DNA of 64,000 nt from Dehalococcoidia bacterium (GTDB lineage Bacteria > Chloroflexota > Dehalococcoidia > Lucifugimonadales > CATOSD01), in the NCBI GenBank assembly GCA_034422735.1, contig DAOUJL010000039.1, positions 100,136-164,135 of the forward strand, written 5' to 3'. Position 1 is the stretch's first letter, and each line of letters opens with the position of its first letter. The notes under the pieces are model-generated. The model saw nothing but the letters and a program-made list of their open reading frames with translations, ran no database searches and was not told the DNA's origin. Positions 10,472-20,116 of the stretch are shown here, piece after piece. A program made the position numbers and the translations under genes.

Positions 10472-11790
10472 GAGTGGCGCGGGGGTTGCCGGACGCTCTC
10501 GCGCTCCTGTGCGAGGGCAGGGGGCTGAACCTGGAGGACTCCGACCCGCGCTTGGCCGCGGGCATCGAGAGGACGTTCGGCGAGCCGCTGACGCCCGCGC
10601 AGGTTGTGGAGCGCATCATCGCGCAGGTGCGCGAGCGCGGCGACGCCGCGCTGCGGAATCTCGCGCTCAAGCTGGACGGCGCGCGGCTGGAAGAGTTGCG
10701 CGTGCCGCCCCAGGACATCGCAAAGGCACGTGACGACGCGCCGCCCGACGTGGTGGACGCGCTGGCGAGCGCGGCGGCCCGCGTCGCGGGGTTCCACAAG
10801 CAGAGCCTCAGGCAGAGCTGGTTCGACTTCGACTGTGGCTACGGCGAGTTGATGAATCCCGTAGAGCGCGTGGGAGTCTACGTGCCCGGCGGCACCGCGC
10901 TGTACCCGTCCACGCTGCTGATGGGCGTGATTCCCGCGCGTGTCGCCGGTGTCGGCGAGGTCATCGTGTGCACGCCCACGCGCGGCGGCGACGACCCGCA
11001 CCCGGCGCTGCTCGCGGCGGCCCACCTCGCCGGCGTGGACGGTGTCTACCGCATTGGCGGCGCCCAGGCCATAGCTGCCATGGCCTACGGCACGCAGTCC
11101 GTGCCGCGCGTCGACCTCATCTGCGGCCCGGGCAACCTGTTCGTCACGCTCGCCAAGAAGCAGGTCTACGGCGACGTGGGCATAGACGGGCTGTACGGCC
11201 CGACCGAGACGATGGTGATAGCCGACGATTCCGCCAACCCCACGCTGTGCGCCGTGGACCTGCTGGCGCAGGCGGAGCACGACGAGCTGGCCAAGCCGGT
11301 GCTGGCCACCACGTCCGAGCGCCTGGCGTCGGCAGTGCAGGCCGAAGTGCAGTCGCGCCTGGCACGGCTGGACCGCTCCGCAATCGCGGCGGCGTCCGTG
11401 AACGAGCAGGGATGCGTGGCGATACTGGACACGGTCAAGGACGCGCTCGTGCTTGCCAACGCGTTCGCGCCCGAGCACGTGTGCCTCATGGTCGAGGACG
11501 CCTGGACGCACGTGGGACGAATCAGGCACGCGGGGGCGGTGTTTGTGGGCGAGATGTCGCACGAGGTGCTGGGCGACTACGTGGCGGGGCCTAGCCACAT
11601 CATGCCGACCGCCGGAACGGCGCGCTTCAATTCGGGCGTGGGAGTTCACACTTTCGTTAAGACAAGCCCTATACTGGCACTGGACGACGCGACCGCGGCG
11701 CGCATATCCGGCGCGGCCTCCACCATCGCCCGCGTGGAGGGCCTGACGGCGCACGCGGAGGCGGCGGAGGTACGCGAGGAGCTGGCCTAG
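10468..11790 (+). CDS. hisD: histidinol dehydrogenase
   Basis: 440 aa with VYVPGGTALYPSTLLM, AQAEHD and PEH motifs. Confidence 0.95.
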   Translation: MRVARGLPDALALLCEGRGLNLEDSDPRLAAGIERTFGEPLTPAQVVERIIAQVRERGDAALRNLALKLDGARLEELRVPPQDIAKARDDAPPDVVDALASAAARVAGFHKQSLRQSWFDFDCGYGELMNPVERVGVYVPGGTALYPSTLLMGVIPARVAGVGEVIVCTPTRGGDDPHPALLAAAHLAGVDGVYRIGGAQAIAAMAYGTQSVPRVDLICGPGNLFVTLAKKQVYGDVGIDGLYGPTETMVIADDSANPTLCAVDLLAQAEHDELAKPVLATTSERLASAVQAEVQSRLARLDRSAIAAASVNEQGCVAILDTVKDALVLANAFAPEHVCLMVEDAWTHVGRIRHAGAVFVGEMSHEVLGDYVAGPSHIMPTAGTARFNSGVGVHTFVKTSPILALDDATAARISGAASTIARVEGLTAHAEAAEVREELA

Positions 11791-11849
11791 CGCCGGCTCG
11801 ACCCGATAGGGCAGGGAATGGAGATAGACCAGGAACGAGGGAAAAAGCG

Positions 11850-12938
11850 ATGACGGTGGACCTGACAAAACTGATGCGACCGCACCTGGCCGGAGACGTC
11901 CAGACCTACGACTCGATGGACCCGCCGGAGGTGCTCGCGCAGCAGTACGGCGTCGCGCCCGAGGACGTGATCAAGCTGAACGGCAACGAGAATCCCTACG
12001 GCTACTCGCCGAAAGTTAGGGACGCCGTCGCCAACGCCCCGCTGCAACACTATCCGGACCCGTTGCAGCGCAGGATGCGCGACGCGCTGTCCGACTACAC
12101 CGGCCTGGGGCCGGAGCACATCATACTGGGCGCGGGCAGCGACGAGCTGATCCACCTGGTGTTCCAGATGTTCGTGTCGCCGGGAGACAAGATTCTCGAC
12201 TTCGACCCCACGTTCGGCATGTACAACTTCTGCGCCAGGGTGGCGGGGGCGACCATCGAGATGGTTTCGCGGGACGAGCTTTTCGAGATCGATCTCGACG
12301 CCGCCCGCTCCGCCATGGACGACCGCACCAAGATCATATTCGTCGCCACGCCCAACAACCCGACGGGCAACCTCGCCTCGGACGAGCAGATAGCCGGCCT
12401 GCTGGACACCGGGCGCGTGGTGGTGGTGGACGAGGCCTACTTTGAGTTCTGCGGCCAGACCTCCGCGTCGATGATCGCCGAGCACGACAACCTGGTCATC
12501 CTGCGGACGATGAGCAAGTGGGCAGGGCTGGCCGGACTCCGAATCGGCTACGGCATGATGGGCGAGGACCTCGTGAGGCGAATCTTCGACGTCAAGCCGC
12601 CCTACAACATCAACGTCGCCGCGGAGGCCGCGCTGCTGGCCTCGCTGGAGGACGCCCCCACGCTGCTGGACAACGTACAGCTCATAGTGGACGAACGCGA
12701 ACGTCTGACTCGGCTGCTGAACGAGCTGCCGGGCGTCACCTGCTGGCCGTCATCCGGCAACTACGTGCTCTGCCAGTTCGCGCCAGGAAGGGCGCCGGAG
12801 ATGTACCAGGGCCTGGCGCGAAAGGGCATATTCGTGCGCTTCTTCAACACGGACCGGCTGCGCGACTGCTTCCGGGCCGCCATCGGCACGCCGGAGCAGA
12901 CCGACGCCCTCGTGGACGCGCTGCGCGAGCTGGTGTAG
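11850..12938 (+). CDS. hisC: histidinol-phosphate aminotransferase
   Basis: 362 aa class-II aminotransferase (LNGNENPYG..., PNNPTG, RTMSKWAGLAGLRIGY) in the his operon. Confidence 0.9.
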   Translation: MTVDLTKLMRPHLAGDVQTYDSMDPPEVLAQQYGVAPEDVIKLNGNENPYGYSPKVRDAVANAPLQHYPDPLQRRMRDALSDYTGLGPEHIILGAGSDELIHLVFQMFVSPGDKILDFDPTFGMYNFCARVAGATIEMVSRDELFEIDLDAARSAMDDRTKIIFVATPNNPTGNLASDEQIAGLLDTGRVVVVDEAYFEFCGQTSASMIAEHDNLVILRTMSKWAGLAGLRIGYGMMGEDLVRRIFDVKPPYNINVAAEAALLASLEDAPTLLDNVQLIVDERERLTRLLNELPGVTCWPSSGNYVLCQFAPGRAPEMYQGLARKGIFVRFFNTDRLRDCFRAAIGTPEQTDALVDALRELV

Positions 12939-12946
12939 CCGCTGAG

Positions 12947-13543
12947 ATGACACACCGCACCAGCAGCCTGAGCCGGCACACCAACGAGACCCAGATCGAG
13001 GTCGCGCTGGACCTGGACGGGCAGGGGACATACGAACTCGACACCCCGAACGGGATGCTGAACCACCTGCTGGCGCAACTCGCGCGTCACGGCCTGTTCG
13101 ACCTGCGCGTAACGGCGAACGGCGACGTGGACGTGGGCTGGCACCACCTGGTCGAGGATTTGGGCATCCTGCTGGGCAGGGCGTTCCGTGAGGCCGTGGG
13201 CGAGGGCAGGGGCATCACCCGTATGGGCCACGCCTACGTGCCGCTGGACGAGGCGCTGGCGCTGGTGGTCGTCGACTTTGGCGGACGGGGCTACTCGGTG
13301 ATCGACGCCGAAATGGGCGACAGCGACCTGGGCGGCTTGCCCGCCGACCTCGTTCGCCACTTCCTGGAGTCGCTGGCGCGCGAGGGCGGCTTCAACCTGC
13401 ACGTCCGCGTGCTGGCGGGGGTCAACAACCACCACAAGGCGGAGGCGATATTCAAGGCGCTGGCGCGCGCCGCGAGGGCCGCGCTCACGCCCGACCCGAG
13501 GCAGGAGGGCGAGGTGCCGAGCACCAAGGGCACCATTTCCTGA
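12947..13543 (+). CDS. hisB: imidazoleglycerol-phosphate dehydratase (monofunctional)
   Basis: ATG at 12947. The sequence MTHRTSSLSRHTNETQIEVALDLDG...HHLVEDLGI...NNHHKAEAIFKA carries the IGPD signature motifs. At 198 aa it has no HAD phosphatase domain. Confidence 0.92.
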   Translation: MTHRTSSLSRHTNETQIEVALDLDGQGTYELDTPNGMLNHLLAQLARHGLFDLRVTANGDVDVGWHHLVEDLGILLGRAFREAVGEGRGITRMGHAYVPLDEALALVVVDFGGRGYSVIDAEMGDSDLGGLPADLVRHFLESLAREGGFNLHVRVLAGVNNHHKAEAIFKALARAARAALTPDPRQEGEVPSTKGTIS

Positions 13544-13549
13544 ACACGT

Positions 13550-13588
13550 CCCCCTCACCTCAATCCTCTCCCGCCAGGGGAGAGGATG
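13550..13588 (-). repeat. family-B hairpin repeat (copy B1, divergent)
   Basis: The sequence ccccctcacctcaatcctctcccgccaggggagaggatg lies between the convergent hisB and purS stops. Confidence 0.75.
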
Positions 13589-13605
13589 TCATCGGAATGG
13601 CCCGT

Positions 13606-13860
13606 CTAGCCCACGCGCTCCAGGTCGAAGGTGTAGTCCTCGATTACGGGGTTGGCCAGCAGCCGGTCACACATCTCCTCTACGGATTGCCTGGCCTGTG
13701 CCTCGTCCTCGGCTTGGACTCGCACCTCGATGTACTTGCCCACGCGGACCGACTCCACGCCCTCGAAACCTAGCTGGCGCAGGCCGCCGTGCACGGTCTG
13801 TCCCTGTGGGTCGCTGACGTCCGACCTGAGCAGGACGCGAATCTTGGCGAGGTACGTCAC
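13606..13860 (-). CDS. purS: phosphoribosylformylglycinamidine synthase subunit PurS
   Basis: 84 aa. The sequence ...RVLLRSDVSDPQGQTVHGGLRQLGF...ANPVIEDYTFDLE is typical of PurS. Confidence 0.9.
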   Translation of the reverse strand: MTYLAKIRVLLRSDVSDPQGQTVHGGLRQLGFEGVESVRVGKYIEVRVQAEDEAQARQSVEEMCDRLLANPVIEDYTFDLERVG

Positions 13861-13870
13861 TTTACGGATT

Positions 13871-13909
13871 CACCCCCGTCCTAACCTTCCCCCAACAAGG
13901 GGAAGGGAC
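13871..13909 (-). repeat. family-A hairpin repeat (copy A2)
   Basis: The sequence cacccccgtcctaaccttcccccaacaaggggaagggac lies inside the minus-strand pur operon, between the DUF3105 gene and purS. Confidence 0.85.
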
Positions 13910-13923
13910 ATTGGAGCCGCTTT

Positions 13924-14544
13924 CTACGGGACGTTGTATTCCGGCGCGTTGGGCGAGCTCTCGTGCGCCGCGATGAAGGCGACGATTCGCGCCGCGTCAA
14001 ACTCTTCGAAGGCGTCCAGGTAGTTCCACGCCGTAAGCGCGATGCGCGTGGGCATGGCGGGATAGGGCGACGCAACTATCTTGGTTCGCGGTTGGCTCTG
14101 GATTGCCGCCACTAAGTCGTCCACCAGGTCGTCGCATCCCTGCGGACAGTTGTAGTGCACGCCTATGCCACCGTGCTCCAGGTTGTGGACCAGAACTTCG
14201 TCAGGCAGCGGTTCCGCGTACAACCCCCAGTGGACGGGCGCGAGCGGGACAGGGTAGTGCCATCCGGACGTGGCGGGCGTGGAATTATATGGCGGATGGT
14301 CGGCTCCCAAGTCTATGTGCGTGTTGCCCTGGTCCGGGTAACGCTCGCCGGGCGTCGTCTGCGCGAGCGGCGCAGGCGTCGCCGTTGCGATCGGGACGGC
14401 TGCGGTTGCCCGCTCCACAAGCGTCGTGGACGTTGGCGCCGCGTCCTCACCGCAAGCGGCTGCGGCCCACGTCAGCACGGCCGACGCCAGCAGCGCGGCG
14501 AGCGGCTTGGCCGAACTGCCGAGCGCTAACGTCAGTCTTGCCAT
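13924..14544 (-). CDS. DUF3105 domain lipoprotein
   Basis: 206 aa with a signal peptide and lipobox-like AAAACG. DUF3105 motifs are present: SGWHYP, HNLEHGGIGVHYNCPQGCDDL and LTAWNY. Confidence 0.75.
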   Translation of the reverse strand: MARLTLALGSSAKPLAALLASAVLTWAAAACGEDAAPTSTTLVERATAAVPIATATPAPLAQTTPGERYPDQGNTHIDLGADHPPYNSTPATSGWHYPVPLAPVHWGLYAEPLPDEVLVHNLEHGGIGVHYNCPQGCDDLVDDLVAAIQSQPRTKIVASPYPAMPTRIALTAWNYLDAFEEFDAARIVAFIAAHESSPNAPEYNVP

Positions 14545-14570
14545 GCGATAGCGTCAGTCTGCGCCCGACC

Positions 14571-15221
14571 TCACCGGGCCAGGTTCTCCGGCGCGTTGGG
14601 AGAGCTCTCGTGGGTCTCGATGAAGTCCACGATCCTGCCTTCGTCGAACTCCTCGAAAGCGTCCAGGAAGGTCCAGGCGGTTAGCGCAAGGCGCGTCGGC
14701 ATGTCGGGGTAGGGCGCGAGCACGACTTTGAGATTCTCCGCGAGCGCCCGGTTGGCTATGCGCTCCAGCTCTTGAAGCAGGTCATCGCAGCCGTCGGGAC
14801 AGTTGTAGTGGATGCCGATGCCGCCGTGTTCAAGGTTGTGAAGGAGATACTCCTCCGCGACGAAGTCGTCGTAAATGCCCCAGTCCACCGGCGCGATGGG
14901 CAGGTTGTAGTGCCAGCCCGACGTCGCGGGAACCGAGTTGTAGGCCGGGTGCTCTTGGCCGGGCACTACGTGGTCGCGGCCCTGCGAGGCGATCTTCTGC
15001 CCGGGTCCATCGGGCACGTTGCTGCCGAACAGGTCGGCGAAGCCGCCGAACGGCACGCTGGGCAGGATGAGCGACAGGATGAATAGCCCGGCGATAAGCC
15101 CAACCGCGGTGAACGCGGCGATGCGCTTGAGGCGGCTCCGTGAGCGCTGCCTGGCGCGCCGCGCCGCCCGCGCCTGCGTCGGCGTGGCCCTGTTTCGAGC
15201 GCGTCGTTGACTTGACGCCAT
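14571..15221 (-). CDS. DUF3105 domain membrane-anchored protein (paralogue)
   Basis: 216 aa with an Arg-rich N-terminus and a TM helix. It shares the motifs of the neighbouring gene (SGWHYN, HNLEHGGIGIHYNCPDGCDDL, LTAWTF). Confidence 0.75.
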   Translation of the reverse strand: MASSQRRARNRATPTQARAARRARQRSRSRLKRIAAFTAVGLIAGLFILSLILPSVPFGGFADLFGSNVPDGPGQKIASQGRDHVVPGQEHPAYNSVPATSGWHYNLPIAPVDWGIYDDFVAEEYLLHNLEHGGIGIHYNCPDGCDDLLQELERIANRALAENLKVVLAPYPDMPTRLALTAWTFLDAFEEFDEGRIVDFIETHESSPNAPENLAR

Positions 15222-15281
15222 GTGTCTCCCTCGTGTGGCCCGGCCCGCTCCGACGCTGCGGACGAACCGGGGCGGATTGGG

Positions 15282-16157
15282 CTAGGCCGGGTCGAGCCCC
15301 GTGAGCTTGCGGTGCGCCTCCAGGTAGCGCTCGGTCGTGCGCCGCACCACGTCTTCTGGAAGGTCGGGCGCGGGAGGCTCGTGGTCCCAACCCTGTTCGT
15401 CCAGCCAGTCGCGGACGAACTGCTTGTCGTAGTTTGGCTGAGACTTGCCGGGCGCGTAGCCGTCGGCGTCCCAGAAGCGGCTGGAGTCCGGCGTGAGCAA
15501 CTCGTCGATGAGCGTAAGCTCGCCGTCGACCAGGCCGAACTCCAGCTTGGTGTCGGCCAGCACGATGCCGCGCTCCAGCGCGTAGTCGCGCGCGTGGCTG
15601 TACACGTCGATGGTGGTCTGCTCCAGCCGCGCCGTTAGCTCCGCGCCCACCATGTCCCGCATCTGGTCCATGGTGATGTTCTCATCGTGGCCCACCTCTG
15701 CCTTGGTCGTGGGAGTGAACAGCGGCTCGGGGAAGCGGTCGCCCTCCTTCAGCCCGGCCGGCATCTCCATGCCTGAGACCGTACCCTCGCGCCGGTACTC
15801 CGCCCAGGCGGAGCCGGTGATGTAGCCGCGCACCACGCACTCGACGTCGATGCGCTCGGCGCGCTTCACCACCATCGCGCGCCTGGCTACCTCGTCCGGC
15901 AGGGACAGCTCATCGCGCCCTCCGGCAAGGTGGATGAGGTGATTGGGCACGATGTGGCCGGTCCGCTCGAACCAGAAGGCGGACAGGCTGTTGAGCACCA
16001 CGCCCTTTTCGGGTATCGCGGTGGGCAGCACCACGTCGAACGCCGAAATGCGGTCCGTGGCCACTATCAGCAGCCGGCCCTCTCCCAGGCCGTAGGTGTC
16101 CCGCACCTTGCCCCGGTACAGCATGTCTGGCAGGTTTGTCTCTCTTATCGCGGTCAT
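15282..16157 (-). CDS. purC: phosphoribosylaminoimidazole-succinocarboxamide synthase
   Basis: 291 aa with the SAICAR synthase pattern (LYRGKVRD...ATDRISAFD...LADTKLEFG). Confidence 0.95.
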   Translation of the reverse strand: MTAIRETNLPDMLYRGKVRDTYGLGEGRLLIVATDRISAFDVVLPTAIPEKGVVLNSLSAFWFERTGHIVPNHLIHLAGGRDELSLPDEVARRAMVVKRAERIDVECVVRGYITGSAWAEYRREGTVSGMEMPAGLKEGDRFPEPLFTPTTKAEVGHDENITMDQMRDMVGAELTARLEQTTIDVYSHARDYALERGIVLADTKLEFGLVDGELTLIDELLTPDSSRFWDADGYAPGKSQPNYDKQFVRDWLDEQGWDHEPPAPDLPEDVVRRTTERYLEAHRKLTGLDPA

Positions 16158-17443
16158 AGTCCCACCCTCTCGAATATCTCGTCTACGTGACGAACGTAGT
16201 AGCCGTAATCGAAGATGTCATCCAGATCGGCAGCGCCAATCCGGGACTTCACTTCGGGGTCGTGCCTCACCAGTTCACGAAAATCGCTGTCCTCGTCCCA
16301 GGTGCGCATCGAGTTGGCCTGCACCACCTTGTAGGCGTCCTCGCGGCTCATGCCGCGCTCCACCAGCGACAGCAGCACGCGCTGGGAGAAGAGCAGGCCG
16401 CGCGTCAGCTCCATGTTGGCGGCCATGCGGTCGGGGTAGACGCGCATCCCGCGCACCACGCCGGCCAGCAGGTCCAGCGTGTAGTCCAGCGCCATGCAGG
16501 AGTCGGGCAGGATGACGCGCTCGGCGGACGAGTGGCTTATGTCGCGCTCGCCCCACAACGCCACGTTCTCCAGCGCCGTAACCGCGTGGCCCCGCACCAG
16601 CCGGGCCAGCCCGCACACGCGCTCGGTCAGCTCCGGGTTGCGCTTGTGCGGCATGGACGAGGAGCCGGTCTGCCCCTCGCGGAACGGCTCCTCGACCTCG
16701 CGCACCTCGGTGCGCTGGAGGCCGCGTATCTCCGTCGCGATCTTCTCCAGGGAGGCGGCGACCAGCGCCAGCGTGGTGACGAACTGGGCGTGGCGGTCTC
16801 GCTGGATGATCTGGTTAGATACGGGCGCGGACGCGATGCCGAGCGCTTTGCAGACGCGCGCCTCGATGGACGGCGGCGCGGTGGCGTGAGTGCCGACCGG
16901 ACCCGAGATCTTGCCGACCGCTATGGCCTTACGCGCCTGCGCCAGCCGCTCCCGGTTGCGGCGCATCTCGTCCCACCAGAGCGCCAGCTTCAGCCCGAAT
17001 GTGACCGGCTCGGCGTGAACGCCGTGGGTGCGGCCCATCATCAGCGTGTGCTTGTGCTCCCGCGCTCGCTGCTCCAGGGCGGTCAGCAGGGCGTCGACCT
17101 CCGCGTCCAGCAGGTCGGCGGCGTCCATGAGTTGCAGGTTGGTCGCGGTGTCCCAGACGTCGCTGGAGGTGAGGCCCAGGTGTATCCAGCGGCCCTCCGG
17201 CCCCAACTGCTCGGTGATCGACGACAGGAACGCGGTGACGTCGTGGCGCGTTCTCGCCAGAATCTCGTTGAGCCGGGTCATGTCGTGCCGGGCGCCGCGC
17301 AGCTTGGCCATGTCCTCGGCGGGAATGACGCCCTCCGCCGTCCACGCCTCGCAGACCGCCAGCTCGACCTCGAGCCACTTGTCGTACTTGTTCTCTTCGG
17401 ACCAGACCTGCTTCATCTTCGGCCTGGCGTAGCGGTCTATCAT
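16154..17443 (-). CDS. purB: adenylosuccinate lyase
   Basis: 429 aa with the fumarate-lyase signature GSSSMPHKRNP. It overlaps purC by 4 nt. Confidence 0.95.
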   Translation of the reverse strand: MIDRYARPKMKQVWSEENKYDKWLEVELAVCEAWTAEGVIPAEDMAKLRGARHDMTRLNEILARTRHDVTAFLSSITEQLGPEGRWIHLGLTSSDVWDTATNLQLMDAADLLDAEVDALLTALEQRAREHKHTLMMGRTHGVHAEPVTFGLKLALWWDEMRRNRERLAQARKAIAVGKISGPVGTHATAPPSIEARVCKALGIASAPVSNQIIQRDRHAQFVTTLALVAASLEKIATEIRGLQRTEVREVEEPFREGQTGSSSMPHKRNPELTERVCGLARLVRGHAVTALENVALWGERDISHSSAERVILPDSCMALDYTLDLLAGVVRGMRVYPDRMAANMELTRGLLFSQRVLLSLVERGMSREDAYKVVQANSMRTWDEDSDFRELVRHDPEVKSRIGAADLDDIFDYGYYVRHVDEIFERVGL

Positions 17444-17480
17444 ATGCTCTTCACCGGACGGAATGGACGCGAGCGCGCTG

Positions 17481-17936
17481 TCATCGTCGCTGCGCCTCGC
17501 GGTAGTCGTCGTATGCCTTGCGGATGGCCTCGTGCTTGATGCCGAGAATCTGCGTCGCGAGGAACGCCGCGTTGCGCGCGCCCCAGCTTCCCACGGCCAC
17601 CGCCGCCACCGGGACGCCGGGCGGCATCTGCGCGATGGCGTAGAGGGCGTCCACGCCCTTCAGCTCGCTCGACGCGATGGGCACGCCGATGATGGGCAGG
17701 GTGGTCCAGGAAGCGAGCACGCCGGGCAGGCCCGCGGAGCCGCCCGCGCCCGCGATTATGACCTCGACGCCGCGTTCCCGTGCCGACAGCCCGTAGCTGC
17801 GGACTTTGTCCGGCGTGCGGTGCGCCGACATCACCTCGACCTCGTGGCTCACGCCCATCTGATCGAGGACGGCGGTAGTTTCGCGCATGATCGGCTCGTC
17901 CGACGCGCTGCCCATCAACACTCCCACCAGTGGCAT
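17481..17936 (-). CDS. purE: 5-(carboxyamino)imidazole ribonucleotide mutase
   Basis: 151 aa with VGVLMGSASD...SAHRTP...IIAGAGGSAGLPGV. Confidence 0.95.
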   Translation of the reverse strand: MPLVGVLMGSASDEPIMRETTAVLDQMGVSHEVEVMSAHRTPDKVRSYGLSARERGVEVIIAGAGGSAGLPGVLASWTTLPIIGVPIASSELKGVDALYAIAQMPPGVPVAAVAVGSWGARNAAFLATQILGIKHEAIRKAYDDYREAQRR

Positions 17937-18029
17937 TGGCTGTACCCCTTTCTGTCTACAGAAGTGGCCCGTCGAATTGCCGCCGGGCCTGCCCTCGCCG
18001 CTCGCGGGAGGACTTTACGTTTTGGTTAG

Positions 18030-19298
18030 CTACCTCAGCAGCGGCCCCTGCGCCGCTATACCGCGGCGGAACTGTGCTTCATCGAAGCTCACGCGGCCCG
18101 CGGACTCGTAAGCCCGCTCCCGCGCCTCGGCCAGATCGTCACCGAGCGCGCACACGGTGAGCACGCGGCCCCCGTCCGTTACGACGGCCTCGTCTTCGAG
18201 CCGGGTTCCCGCGTGGAACACCAGCGCGTCTTCACCCAGGTCGTCCAACCCCCGTATCTCGCGCCCGGTCCGGTACGCTCCGGGATAGCCGCCGGATGCG
18301 AGCACCACGCCCACGCAGGGGCGATCGTCCCACTCCAGCGAAACGCCCTCGAGCTTTCCGGTCACCGTATCAATCATAATTGCGGCAAGGTCGGTTTTCA
18401 ATCTCGGAAGCACCGCCTGGGCCTCCGGATCGCCCATCCTGCAATTGAACTCCACCACCTTGGGACCGTCCGGGGTGAGCATCAGGCCGCCGTAGAGTAT
18501 GCCGCGAAAGGGCGAGCCAAGCTCCGCCAGTGCCCTGGCCGCGGGGACCATGATCCGCTCGCGCACCTCGCGCTCCAGCTCCTCGTTCCACGTCGCGGGA
18601 GGACTGTACGCGCCCATGCCGCCCGTGTTCGGCCCTTCGTCGCCGTCCAGGGCACGCTTGTAGTCGCACGCCGTCGCCAGTTCGGACACCTCTTCGCCGT
18701 CCACGAACGCGAACACGCTGATTTCCTGGCCGTCGAGGTATTCCTCGATCAGCACGCGCCGTCCGGCGTCGCCGAACTCACGCTCCACCATCTGCCGGCG
18801 CAGCGCGTCCCGCGCATCGTCCCGCGTGCTCGCCACCACCACGCCCTTGCCGGCGGCAAGCCCGTCCGCCTTGACCACGATGGGCAGCGGAGCCGCGACC
18901 AGGTACTCGAGCGCCTGTCCGTAGTCGGTGAACGCCTCGGCTCGCCCGGTGGGGATGCCGTTGCGCAGCATGAGCTCCTTGGCAAAGGACTTGCTGCTCT
19001 CGATGCGTGCGGCGGCGGCGGTCGGCCCGAACGTGAGGATGCCCGCCGCCTGGAAGCGGTCCACGATTCCGGCCGCGAGCGGCGCCTCCGGGCCTATCAC
19101 CGCGAACTCCACGCCCTCGCTCTGAGCCAGGCCAAGCAGGCCGTCCACGTCCTCGGCGCCGATAGGCGCGTTCGTGCCGAGCGCGGCGGTGCCCGCGTTG
19201 CCGGGCGCGACGATTAGCTCGCTCACCAGCGGGCTTTGCGCCAGCTTCCAGGCGATGGCGTGCTCCCGCGCGCCGTTCCCCACCAGCAGCGTCTTCAT
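18030..19298 (-). CDS. purD: phosphoribosylamine--glycine ligase
   Basis: 422 aa ATP-grasp protein (MKTLLVGNGAREHAIAWKL...). Confidence 0.95.
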   Translation of the reverse strand: MKTLLVGNGAREHAIAWKLAQSPLVSELIVAPGNAGTAALGTNAPIGAEDVDGLLGLAQSEGVEFAVIGPEAPLAAGIVDRFQAAGILTFGPTAAAARIESSKSFAKELMLRNGIPTGRAEAFTDYGQALEYLVAAPLPIVVKADGLAAGKGVVVASTRDDARDALRRQMVEREFGDAGRRVLIEEYLDGQEISVFAFVDGEEVSELATACDYKRALDGDEGPNTGGMGAYSPPATWNEELEREVRERIMVPAARALAELGSPFRGILYGGLMLTPDGPKVVEFNCRMGDPEAQAVLPRLKTDLAAIMIDTVTGKLEGVSLEWDDRPCVGVVLASGGYPGAYRTGREIRGLDDLGEDALVFHAGTRLEDEAVVTDGGRVLTVCALGDDLAEARERAYESAGRVSFDEAQFRRGIAAQGPLLR

Positions 19299-19714
19299 GC
19301 CTGATCTGCCCCGCGCCGGGGCCTGCGCAGCACCTTGCCCGACGACTCTTCCAGGTAGTGGGTGTCCGACGTCTTGGCGTCGTTCTTTAGCGCAACGTCG
19401 CGGCAGGCGTTCAGTGCCGGACTACCCGCCGTGAGCACGCTGCCCGCCGCGACGAACGCCACGTCGGCAAGCTCCAGCAGCGCGTCGTGCAGGTCGTCGT
19501 TGTTCAGCGCCTTGGAGTGCTCGCCAACCTCCTCCACCAGGTAGGGCAGGCGCGTCCTCAGCATCTCCAGCCCCTGTTCGGGAGTAAGATCGGCGCCGAC
19601 CATCGGCAGGCCGAACCGGGAATGGAAGTCGTACACGCTTTCCGCGATTCGAGCCATTGCCGCGACGAAATCTTCACGCGTCACGCCGCCGTCGCACTGT
19701 TCGCGCCCGGTCAC
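19295..19714 (-). CDS. MazG/PRA-PH-like nucleotide pyrophosphohydrolase superfamily protein
   Basis: An all-alpha pattern ...LVEEVGEHSKAL...LLELADVAFVAAG. The start is set at GTG 19714, which overlaps the upstream stop (GTGA) and has a GGAGGA RBS. The track ORF extends to 19765. Confidence 0.5.
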   Translation of the reverse strand: MTGREQCDGGVTREDFVAAMARIAESVYDFHSRFGLPMVGADLTPEQGLEMLRTRLPYLVEEVGEHSKALNNDDLHDALLELADVAFVAAGSVLTAGSPALNACRDVALKNDAKTSDTHYLEESSGKVLRRPRRGADQA

Positions 19715-20088
19715 GGGGAATCCTCCGGCTGAGCTGAGGAGTGTTCGTAGGCGGCCTTCAGCCATGGCAACACCGCGCCCACGTCCTCCGGCAGCAGCAG
19801 CAGGAACTGCATCCAGCCGGCGAGGAGCGGTTCGTCATCGGCCGCGGGCAGCGGCGAGACGCCGGCGAGCGAGAGCGCCCGTCTGGCCAGATCGAGGGGC
19901 AGGGACATCGCGACCACGCCCTCCAGCAGGACGGCGAAAGGCTTGTCTCCCACGACGTACCCCACGCCGCCCAGCAGCGCTGCGCCGGACACGCCGGGCC
20001 ACGCGAGCAATTCCGCGTCCAAGGCCGCACGCACCTCGGGGTCGATCTCGAACTCTTCGTCTAGGTAGTCCGAGTTCATCAGAAGCAC
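19711..20088 (-). CDS. hypothetical protein
   Basis: 125-aa ORF in an operon with guaA and the MazG-like gene. No family is confidently recognised. Confidence 0.45.
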   Translation of the reverse strand: MLLMNSDYLDEEFEIDPEVRAALDAELLAWPGVSGAALLGGVGYVVGDKPFAVLLEGVVAMSLPLDLARRALSLAGVSPLPAADDEPLLAGWMQFLLLLPEDVGAVLPWLKAAYEHSSAQPEDSP

Positions 20089-20116
20089 TCCCCGGATTTT
20101 GACGCGGAAGCGTAGA

